This document shows, piece after piece, positions 48,677 through 56,721 of a stretch of 64,000 nucleotides of DNA (its first letter is position 1; every line of letters begins with the position of its first letter). Under the pieces are notes generated by a model. It saw only the letters and a program-made list of their open reading frames with translations. It was not told the DNA's origin and searched no databases. This stretch comes from a virus, in the IMG/VR virus record IMGVR_UViG_3300023109_003600, positions 1 to 64,000 of that record; one strand, 5' to 3'. The position numbers were made by a program, and so were the translations under genes.

Positions 48677-49557
48677 CAGCAACAAGAACAGACCAGTTAG
48701 GAATGCAAGTATATTCAAGAATATACGCAATGGCTTATTGTCAATTAAACAATCTAGACTACATACATACCCCACTGCCAAAAAAATATTCGCATTTTGA
48801 AGACTTTTTCAATTTAGGATTTGATAAACGCTCGCGAAAACAGGACGAAGAAGGAGTTTTAGATATAGGAGAATCGGTTATACCATCTTTTTTAGCAAGA
48901 AATTCTGGAGCCTTCCGATCTATAAAATTTGATAAAACCTTTTTGGCGAAATTAAGGTATAAATATTATATGGGAGAAAAAGAAAATTCGAAAAGCTTCT
49001 CTTCAACAAAGGGTATTAAGGCATGCATACATATACGAAAATGCGCAAAAGAAAGAAGTAAAAAAAACCCACATAAAAAACATTTAATAACTAAGTCTGG
49101 AATAACTGAAAGAGCTCAAGAGAAAGCTATGTGGGGCATCAGAGAACCTCCATCTGCTTTTATGCCTGCATGTTTTAGAAAGTTAAATAAAATTAAGGCA
49201 GATAGAATCAATGTAAATATCTATTCAAATGAAGAGCTTGACTTAGATTTTAGCGATGAACTATTTCAAGATCCAAAATTCCAAATATGTACTCATTATG
49301 ACACAAAAATTGAACACGTGATACACGATCTAATATCTTGTGATATTTTATTCAGATATGGAGTCTCTTCTTTTAGCGGGATTTGCAGTATATACAATAG
49401 AAACCTTTCTGTTTTTGCCTTACCTCCAGGAAAAAGATATTTATCAAATTCCTACATCAGTGACAATTGTTGCTACATGCAAGCTCCTATAAAATTTCAA
49501 GAGCTACCAACATTCGACGAGGTTGCTTTAGATAATTTTTTGTGTAATCAAGTTTAA
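48661..49557 (+). CDS. Fucosyltransferase-like (GT-B) protein
   Basis: RTDQLG.Q, YIHTP, IHIRK, IYS, DLI.CDIL...SSFS. Confidence 0.6.
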   Translation: MSQKITATRTDQLGMQVYSRIYAMAYCQLNNLDYIHTPLPKKYSHFEDFFNLGFDKRSRKQDEEGVLDIGESVIPSFLARNSGAFRSIKFDKTFLAKLRYKYYMGEKENSKSFSSTKGIKACIHIRKCAKERSKKNPHKKHLITKSGITERAQEKAMWGIREPPSAFMPACFRKLNKIKADRINVNIYSNEELDLDFSDELFQDPKFQICTHYDTKIEHVIHDLISCDILFRYGVSSFSGICSIYNRNLSVFALPPGKRYLSNSYISDNCCYMQAPIKFQELPTFDEVALDNFLCNQV

Positions 49558-49781
49558 TGCTAAACACGAAACAAAAAAACGCCATAGAAAATCTTTTAAT
49601 TATAGCAGATTATATAAAAGAACATTCTATTTATAGTGGAGAAATGAAAACAATCATTGATAAGTCGATAGAGCATGCAGAACAACTTATAGGTAGGCAG
49701 GTAAACCCAAAAGAAGAGAACGACTCTAAAGATTCTGTGGCAAAAATTATTTTAGACAAGTTTAATTCGGATAATCCTTGA
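49557..49781 (+). CDS. Hypothetical protein
   Basis: 74 aa ORF; GTGTA 10 nt upstream. Confidence 0.55.
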   Translation: MLNTKQKNAIENLLIIADYIKEHSIYSGEMKTIIDKSIEHAEQLIGRQVNPKEENDSKDSVAKIILDKFNSDNP

Positions 49782-49806
49782 CAAAATATGGGTCTCATGA
49801 TACGAT
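49778..49806 (+). promoter_or_regulatory. Sigma70-type promoter of polymerase operon
   Basis: TTGACA-N17-TACGAT. Confidence 0.7.
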
Positions 49807-49815
49807 ATGTATCAT

Positions 49816-50550
49816 ATGATTCCTTTATTTAAATCTCACTATAGTATTGGCAAAAGCATCCTTAGGCTAGGTGGAGGACAAGGTATATTCGACATAGCAA
49901 AAGATTTAAATTTAAAAAAAGTAGTGCTAGTAGAAGATAGCTTAACAGGATTCCTTGAAACCGCAAAAGTCAGCAAGGAGTATAAAATAGACTTTATATT
50001 TGGGTTAAGAATCTCCTTATGCGAATCAGATCTTTCGGCAGAAACAAATGATTGTCATAAAATTATAGTTTTTGCAAAAAACGGAGAAGGTTGCAAGCTA
50101 TTAAATAAGATCTACACAAAAGCTTTCTCTAATGGCAATCAAAGTATTTTAATCAAAGATCTAAAAAAACTATGGAATGAAAAATTATTAAAACTTTCAA
50201 TCCCTTTTTATGATTCTTTTATTTTTAACAATACATTATTATTTTCAAAATGCATGCCCTCTTTTGATTTTACAGAACCCACTTTTTTCTTAGAAGAAAA
50301 CGGATTACCATTTGATAACATCATCAAAGAAGAGGTTAAAGAATTTTGCAAAAAACAAAGCATGAAAATGGAAAACGCTAAAACAATTTACTACACAAAA
50401 AGAGAAGACTTCTCAGCTTTTCAAACTTATAAACTAATATGTAATAGGTCAGGATGGAGGGCAAAATCGACTTCGCTAGAGTGCCCGAACCTAGACCACT
50501 TCGGCAGCCAAGATTTCTGCGTAGAGAGCTTTGAACTTGCAACATTATAA
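49816..50550 (+). CDS. Stand-alone PHP domain of DNA polymerase III alpha (likely metal-less)
   Basis: PLFKSHYSIGKSIL, LVEDSLTGF, FIFGLR, IIVFAKN.EG..LL.KI.T; ATG 49807 is an alternative start. Confidence 0.8.
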   Translation: MIPLFKSHYSIGKSILRLGGGQGIFDIAKDLNLKKVVLVEDSLTGFLETAKVSKEYKIDFIFGLRISLCESDLSAETNDCHKIIVFAKNGEGCKLLNKIYTKAFSNGNQSILIKDLKKLWNEKLLKLSIPFYDSFIFNNTLLFSKCMPSFDFTEPTFFLEENGLPFDNIIKEEVKEFCKKQSMKMENAKTIYYTKREDFSAFQTYKLICNRSGWRAKSTSLECPNLDHFGSQDFCVESFELATL

Positions 50551-50555
50551 AAAAA

Positions 50556-51197
50556 ATGAACAATAACTTATTAAGATTCAACTCTCAACAAAAATATATT
50601 ATATTTGATTACGAAACCTGTAATTTAAATCTTGGTAGTACAGAAAATAAACCTTGGCAACTTTCATTTATCGTAGCTTCTAATAATAAAATTCACGAAA
50701 CTCATGATTACTATTTGCGCTGGGAAGACTTAAATATTTCTAAAGATGCTGCGAAGATTACTGGTTTCTCAAAATCAAAATACGACAAGCTTGCTGTATG
50801 CCCCAGAAAAGCTTTAGATCACTTTGAATCTTTCTTATATAATAAAAATTATATTCCAGTGGGCCACAACATATTAGGCTTTGATGTTTACATTCATAAT
50901 ATACATAGAAAACTCTTAAACAAGAAACCTGATTACAGCTATATCAATAGAGCTATAGATACAAATTGCCTAGCCAAGGGAATTGCTAAACAATTAACTA
51001 AGCCTCAAAGCAAAAGCACAATTGCTTGGCAGTATAGCTTAAATCAAATCATAGAAAGGGGGCTAAAAACAAGTTTGCAAATGTGTGCGAAAAAATACAA
51101 GATAGATTTTGACCCAACTAAGCTTCATGATGCACTGTATGATATTAAAATTAATCACCAAGTACTTAACAAACAGTTATGGGAGGTAGAAGTATGA
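50556..51197 (+). CDS. DEDDh 3'-5' exonuclease (DnaQ/epsilon-like)
   Basis: IFDYET (ExoI), GHNILGFD (ExoII), IDT, HDALYD (ExoIII). Confidence 0.9.
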   Translation: MNNNLLRFNSQQKYIIFDYETCNLNLGSTENKPWQLSFIVASNNKIHETHDYYLRWEDLNISKDAAKITGFSKSKYDKLAVCPRKALDHFESFLYNKNYIPVGHNILGFDVYIHNIHRKLLNKKPDYSYINRAIDTNCLAKGIAKQLTKPQSKSTIAWQYSLNQIIERGLKTSLQMCAKKYKIDFDPTKLHDALYDIKINHQVLNKQLWEVEV

Positions 51198-53749
51198 GTT
51201 TCCTTGAAGAATTTGAAACGTATAAGGATTTTTCTCCTCCTGGAGTACGTTTACCAGAAATCATAATTGAAAAAGAGAGGTATAAATCTTTAGGCCTCAA
51301 AGAAGACTCAACCAATTTTCAATTTTTAACTTCGCTATGCTCAGCAGGCTTAAAGGATAAAGCTATAGATGCCAATAAGCTTAAATTATATAAATCAAGA
51401 GTAAAAGAAGAATTACTGATCCTTAAAGATTTAGGTTTTATTGATTACATTTTACTCAACTGGGATGTTCTTAATTTTTGTCATGAAAATAACATACCTA
51501 CTGGCCCAGGAAGAGGTTCTGCAGCAGGTAGTTTGGTTTTATATTTAATAAGGGTGACGCAAGTAGACCCAATAAAAAACGATTTGTTTTTTGAGAGATT
51601 TGTATCAAAAAGCAGAGCCAAGAAAACAGAACACAATGGAATCACCTATTTAGACGGAAGTTTACTAGCGGATGTAGATAATGATATCGCATACGAACAT
51701 AGACAAACAGTAATAAAATATATCGAAGATAAATATCCAGCAAGGACATGTAAAATTCTAACACTAAATACCTTAAGCTCTAAATTATGCATCAAGGAGT
51801 GCGGCAAACTAGTAGGTAATTTAACAGAGCAAGAGGTGAACGAAGTAAGCGATTTTATTCCGAAGAAATTTGGCAAAGTTCTTTCAATAGATGAATCAAT
51901 AATTGAAAGTGAAAAATTTAAAGATTGGTCAGAAAAAAATAATAATATTATTAACATAGCTAGAAAAATTCACGGTTTAAACAAAAATACTGGAGTACAT
52001 CCGAGCGGAATAGCAATATCTCATCAAAAACTTGAAGACATTTGCCCGCTACAAACTAATTCAGAAGGAGATGTGATAAGCGGTTATGATATGAATTGGG
52101 TTGCAGAATTAACAGTTAAGTTTGATATTCTTGGTCTAAGAACCTTAAGTGTAATATATAACACTTGTAAGTCTTTAGGGATTGATCCCCAAGATATAAA
52201 AATGGATGATAAAATCATTTATGATAGCCTGCAAGACCTAATTTCCCCACAAGGAATTTTTCAAATTGAAGCTGACACAGACTTTAGAGTATGCAAAAAA
52301 ATCAAACCAAGGAATCTTGAAGAGCTTAGCGCAGTAATTGCCATAGCAAGACCTGGAGCTCTTGATTTTTTAAGTAATTATACTGACTACAGGGAGACAG
52401 GTCAAAGTCAAAGTGTGCATCAAGTATTTGATGAAATCCTTCAAACAACAGCAGGAATACCATTATATCAAGAACAGCTTATGCAAATGGCCGTTAAGAT
52501 CGGTTTTACCTTAGACGAATCAGAGCAGTTGCGTAGAATTGTAGGAAAGAAAAAGACAGAATTAATGCCAGAATGGCAAGAAAAAATTAAAGACAAGATA
52601 AAAGAAAATAACTTGCCCGCAGAAGCAGGAGAAATCCTATGGAGGGTGGCGGAAGATAGCGCGAATTATTCGTTTAACAAGTCGCACAGTATTAGTTATG
52701 CAATTCTTTCTGCTTGGACAGTTTACTTAAAATTCAAACATCCCCAAGAATTTTTCTTATCTTTACTTAAAATGAGCAAATTTGAACCATCCCCTCAAGA
52801 AGAGATTAATAAAGTTAGTCAAGAGCTATCTAGATTTAAATTCTCCCTACTACCTCCTGATTTAGCTAGGTCTGATATAGACTTTTCTATAGAAGGAAAA
52901 GATATTAGATTTGGATTAAACAGCATAAAAGGGGTTAGTGAAAAATCCTTTAAATCCTTACAAAGCTTTCGAGATTCAGACACCCCTAATAAATATGATA
53001 TTTTTATTGCGGCAAAACAGGCTGGTTTAAATATAGGAGCGCTCTCATCTTTAATTCAAGCAGGAGCCCTATCTAGCTATAAAACAAATAGATCGCTACT
53101 GGTCTTAGAGGCTCAATCATTTAATTTATTAACAGAGAGGGAGAAGCGAAACTTTTATCAATTAGGGGAAAAATATAACTTTAGTTTGCTCAAGGCTATT
53201 TCAGACGCTAAAAAAGGAATACTTATGTCGGACGATGGCAAGAGGCTAATGACAGAAAAGCGATTCCAGACATTTAAGAAAAAGTTTGATTCTTATAAAA
53301 AAATCTACGACAAGAATAAATCTCACGAGCTCTTTGCGAACTGGTACTTTGAGAATAAACTATTAGGTTATTCCTACACATGTAAGCTAAACTCAATATT
53401 TAAGTCTAACAATCACACCATAAAAGACACTCAAGATTTTAGAGAGCTAGCTAAAGATCAGTCAGATGTCTTTGTTGGAACTGTTTTTGATATTATTAAA
53501 AGAAAATCCAGAAACGGAAATGAATATATTAAAGCTACAATTATAGACGAAGTAGGATCAATGGATATTATGATGGGTGACTTTGGCAACAGAAAAGCTT
53601 TATCAAAATACACAGAATCAGGAGGAATTATTCCTCAAAAAGGAAATATTATAACAACAACAGGTAGAAAAGGAGACGACATTTTATTCGCAAACAATAT
53701 AAATATACTAGATCACAAAATTTATATGAAACTCAGTGATATAGATTAG
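51194..53749 (+). CDS. dnaE: DNA polymerase III alpha catalytic subunit lacking PHP domain
   Basis: GPGRGSAAGSLV, LFFERF, ADVDND, GVHPSG, KFDILGL, IFQ, RPG, YQEQLM, YSFNKSH, IRFGL..IKG, C-terminal OB; ATGA overlap at 51194. Confidence 0.95.
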   Translation: MSFLEEFETYKDFSPPGVRLPEIIIEKERYKSLGLKEDSTNFQFLTSLCSAGLKDKAIDANKLKLYKSRVKEELLILKDLGFIDYILLNWDVLNFCHENNIPTGPGRGSAAGSLVLYLIRVTQVDPIKNDLFFERFVSKSRAKKTEHNGITYLDGSLLADVDNDIAYEHRQTVIKYIEDKYPARTCKILTLNTLSSKLCIKECGKLVGNLTEQEVNEVSDFIPKKFGKVLSIDESIIESEKFKDWSEKNNNIINIARKIHGLNKNTGVHPSGIAISHQKLEDICPLQTNSEGDVISGYDMNWVAELTVKFDILGLRTLSVIYNTCKSLGIDPQDIKMDDKIIYDSLQDLISPQGIFQIEADTDFRVCKKIKPRNLEELSAVIAIARPGALDFLSNYTDYRETGQSQSVHQVFDEILQTTAGIPLYQEQLMQMAVKIGFTLDESEQLRRIVGKKKTELMPEWQEKIKDKIKENNLPAEAGEILWRVAEDSANYSFNKSHSISYAILSAWTVYLKFKHPQEFFLSLLKMSKFEPSPQEEINKVSQELSRFKFSLLPPDLARSDIDFSIEGKDIRFGLNSIKGVSEKSFKSLQSFRDSDTPNKYDIFIAAKQAGLNIGALSSLIQAGALSSYKTNRSLLVLEAQSFNLLTEREKRNFYQLGEKYNFSLLKAISDAKKGILMSDDGKRLMTEKRFQTFKKKFDSYKKIYDKNKSHELFANWYFENKLLGYSYTCKLNSIFKSNNHTIKDTQDFRELAKDQSDVFVGTVFDIIKRKSRNGNEYIKATIIDEVGSMDIMMGDFGNRKALSKYTESGGIIPQKGNIITTTGRKGDDILFANNINILDHKIYMKLSDID

Positions 53750-53760
53750 TGTATCTCATT

Positions 53761-56202
53761 ATGAATATGGAACTTAAACCCAACTTTACACCCCGAGCGC
53801 AAGAAGTTATTGCAGCTTCAAGAAAGCTAGCTTTAAACTATAATAAAAGAGTAGTTAACGAAGAACATTTATTTCTTGCTTTAGCGAAAGTAGATACTCA
53901 ATCGCTAGAAACTCTCTTTTCGGCATTTGATCTAGAAAGAAAAAATCTTATACTTTTTATATCCAAAAAGCTTAAAAAAAATACATCAGCGCCAACAAAA
54001 AAAAATTACTTCTCAGGAGAATTTAAATCAATCCTAGGGGGAGCGGTATTAGAAGCCGAAAAACACGAGCATGACTACATAGGAGTACAACATATACTAC
54101 TTTCAGTGTTCAAAAAACAAGACAATACAATTTGTCTTTTTTTTATAGAAAACGGAATCAGTGTCGAGTCATGCATATTAACAATTAGATCTCAATTTTT
54201 AATTAGTTCTTCTTCTGAAACTTTAGAGTCTAGCAGGCTATCCTCAGAATCAAATTATATCCCTAAAATAGAAGAAGAATATAAAGAAGGTCTAAAGTCT
54301 AATTTCTTTCATTGCATGAACACAAAAGCAATGCAAGGAAAATATGACGAAGTTATTGGTAGAGATCAAGAAATTAAAGATATTTCGGAAGTATTATGCA
54401 GGAGAAGTAAAAATAATCCTATACTCCTAGGGGATGCAGGAGTTGGAAAAACTGCAGTTGTAGAAGGTTTATCTCAAAAAATAGTAGAAGGTTCTGTAAC
54501 AGAATTTCTGTACAAAAAAAGAATTTATTCGCTAGATATGGCAAGCATGATTGCTGGCACAAAATATAGAGGGCAATTTGAAGAAAGGCTCAAAAATACT
54601 ATGGAAGAAATCCAGAAAGATAAAGACGCGATTATTTTTATAGACGAAATTCACTCAATTGTAGGCGCGGGAAGCGCTGAGGGAACTATGGACGCAGCAA
54701 ATATACTAAAACCAATGCTAGCAAGGGGCGATATCATGTGCATAGGAGCGACCACGCAAGAAGAATACAGAAAAACTATATTAAAAGATGGAGCATTAGA
54801 TAGAAGATTTCAACCGATCCATATTAAAGAGCCAACGCCTTCGGAATGTAAAGAAATATTAAACGGTCTCAAAGAAAAATATGAATCATTTCATCAAGTT
54901 AAGTATGAGGAAAATGTTGTAGAAAATTCCATCAAACTGTCCTCAAGGTTTATCTTAGATAGACAGCTTCCAGATAAAGCCATAGACTTACTAGATCAAG
55001 CTGGATCCAAAGCTAAAATTTCAGCATTTAAGCGTCCTGAAGAAGCGTTACAAATAGAAGAAGAGTTAAACGGTCTATACGAAATAGAGTCTACTTCTAG
55101 CGAACCTAATGTAATTATGAAGAAAAGAGATGCCTTAATGAAAAAATATCAAAATATAATTGAAGGTTGGGCAGAACAATCCACTTTAAAGAAAATTTTT
55201 GTAACAAATAAAGAATTATTTCAAGTAGTATCCCAAAAAACTGGGGTACCTATCGAAGATATCTCGAGCTCTGATACAGACAAATTTCTAAATTTAGAAA
55301 ACTCCTTAAAAAATGTCATCATCGGCCAAGACCCAGCAATTGAATCTATTTCAGAAACACTTATAAGGAACAAAGCAGGCTTAAGGGATGAACAAAAGCC
55401 TATAGGTAGTTTTTTATTTTTGGGTAGTAGCGGTGTAGGTAAAACTTACCTAGCAAAACAGGTGGCGAGTTTAGCGTTCGGAGACTCTAGTGATTTAATA
55501 CATATAGATATGTCAGAGTTTTCAGAGCAAGCTTCAACGGCTAAATTTGTAGGGGCATCGCCAGGATATATAGGTTTTGAGTCATCTGGAGCAATTACAG
55601 AAAGAGTAAGAAAGAAACCTTATTCAGTTTTATTGTTTGATGAGGTAGAAAAAGCTCACGAAGACGTGACGAACTTGCTACTACAGATACTAGAAGAAGG
55701 TAGGCTAACAGATAGTTCAGGAAGAACAATTTCCTTTAGAAATGTAATCGTAATCATAACAGGAAATATTGGGTCAAATTTCATGCAAAAGAATAATTCA
55801 GTAGGATTTATGCCTTCAAATTCGGAAGAAGACATTAATCAAAAGGTTATCGCAGAAGCAAGAAAAAAACTAAAACCAGAGCTCATCAATAGGATAGAGT
55901 CTATAATAAACTTCAAGAATTTCGAAGAAGCTCATTTGAAAAAAATCTCTGGACTGGAATTAGAAAAAAGCATGTCAAGAATAGAGGGCTCTATGGATAA
56001 AATTAATATAAAACCTTCGGTTTTTTCTTACATTGCTCAAAAAGCGCTAGAGCTCAATGATGGAGCGAGGCCAATCAAAAATATAATTAAAAAAGAAGTA
56101 GAGAACCCTTTGGCAAAATTAATTCTTCAAAACAAATCCTACGAGTCTAAAACACTAAGTATATCCGTAGTAAAAAATTGCATAAAAGTTTTATTGACTT
56201 AG
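53761..56202 (+). CDS. clpC: ClpC-type AAA+ unfoldase
   Basis: NFTPRAQ Clp N-domain; GDAGVGKT, IDEIH, LPDKAIDLLD; short middle coiled coil; GSSGVGKT, FDEVEKAH; VGF ClpP-docking loop. ATG 53767 is an alternative start. Confidence 0.92.
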   Translation: MNMELKPNFTPRAQEVIAASRKLALNYNKRVVNEEHLFLALAKVDTQSLETLFSAFDLERKNLILFISKKLKKNTSAPTKKNYFSGEFKSILGGAVLEAEKHEHDYIGVQHILLSVFKKQDNTICLFFIENGISVESCILTIRSQFLISSSSETLESSRLSSESNYIPKIEEEYKEGLKSNFFHCMNTKAMQGKYDEVIGRDQEIKDISEVLCRRSKNNPILLGDAGVGKTAVVEGLSQKIVEGSVTEFLYKKRIYSLDMASMIAGTKYRGQFEERLKNTMEEIQKDKDAIIFIDEIHSIVGAGSAEGTMDAANILKPMLARGDIMCIGATTQEEYRKTILKDGALDRRFQPIHIKEPTPSECKEILNGLKEKYESFHQVKYEENVVENSIKLSSRFILDRQLPDKAIDLLDQAGSKAKISAFKRPEEALQIEEELNGLYEIESTSSEPNVIMKKRDALMKKYQNIIEGWAEQSTLKKIFVTNKELFQVVSQKTGVPIEDISSSDTDKFLNLENSLKNVIIGQDPAIESISETLIRNKAGLRDEQKPIGSFLFLGSSGVGKTYLAKQVASLAFGDSSDLIHIDMSEFSEQASTAKFVGASPGYIGFESSGAITERVRKKPYSVLLFDEVEKAHEDVTNLLLQILEEGRLTDSSGRTISFRNVIVIITGNIGSNFMQKNNSVGFMPSNSEEDINQKVIAEARKKLKPELINRIESIINFKNFEEAHLKKISGLELEKSMSRIEGSMDKINIKPSVFSYIAQKALELNDGARPIKNIIKKEVENPLAKLILQNKSYESKTLSISVVKNCIKVLLT

Positions 56203-56222
56203 CGCGTATATAGGTGTACTAT
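56194..56222 (+). promoter_or_regulatory. Promoter of tmRNA (sigma70-type, overlapping a GTGTA motif)
   Basis: TTGACT-N17-TACTAT; GTGTA at 56214-56218. Confidence 0.6.
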
Positions 56223-56246
56223 ACTTATAGTTCTTTAACAGTTTAT

Positions 56247-56680
56247 GGGGGTGTTCTGGATTCGACTGAAGTTGAATTCTAACACCGCAAGAGGGAGATT
56301 GCACTACGGCTCCCCCATCAATGTGCAAAAGCTTTACATGGCTCTAAAAAACATGTTAGAGCTCTCGGCTTCAAAAATCGTATCGCTGCAAAGCGCTTCG
56401 GTTATAAGAGCCGTAAGCTCGCCCTAGCAGCATAGGCTGCTAGCCTCTTACTTCTTGACGCAGATACAGAGGTAAAGAGGTCATCAATCTGCAAAACAGA
56501 AAAAGTTTATCTGTATCAAAAACTGTACCGCTGAGTATTCGGAGGCCCTAGTTCTAGGTGAATAATTGAAACAGAGGGTTGGATGTTAATATCAAAACCA
56601 TAAAAAAAATTAACTATACTTGTAGACGTGTTAGCTTGAAGGCTATCAGGACGCGGGTTCAACTCCCGCCACCTCCACCA
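56247..56680 (+). ncRNA. ssrA: tmRNA (one-piece, 434 nt)
   Basis: 5' GGGGGTG pairs with CACCTCC-A-CCA with G3:U Ala determinant; GGATTCGAC D-like loop; T arm GCGGG-TTCAACT-CCCGC; pk1 GGGAG/TTGCAC...CTCCC/GTGCAA; tag ORF ending LALAA-TAG inside hairpin CTAGCAGC-ATAG-GCTGCTAG. Confidence 0.96.
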
Positions 56681-56721
56681 TTTTTTAATCATAAAACCAC
56701 AAACAAGTGGTATTATATAAT

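Noticed and set aside
36188-53749. Inteins or introns in nrdA, nrdB or dnaE (also checked recA, dnaB)
   Set aside because: Lengths are ordinary and no C...HN-(C/S/T) or LAGLIDADG motifs were seen
56245-56427. 60-aa ORF over the tmRNA
   Set aside because: Starts in the tRNA-like domain and is in a different frame from the LALAA tag
56640-56680. Stand-alone tRNA or att site
   Set aside because: It is the 3' tRNA-like half of the tmRNA; no duplicate copy or integrase seen in the window
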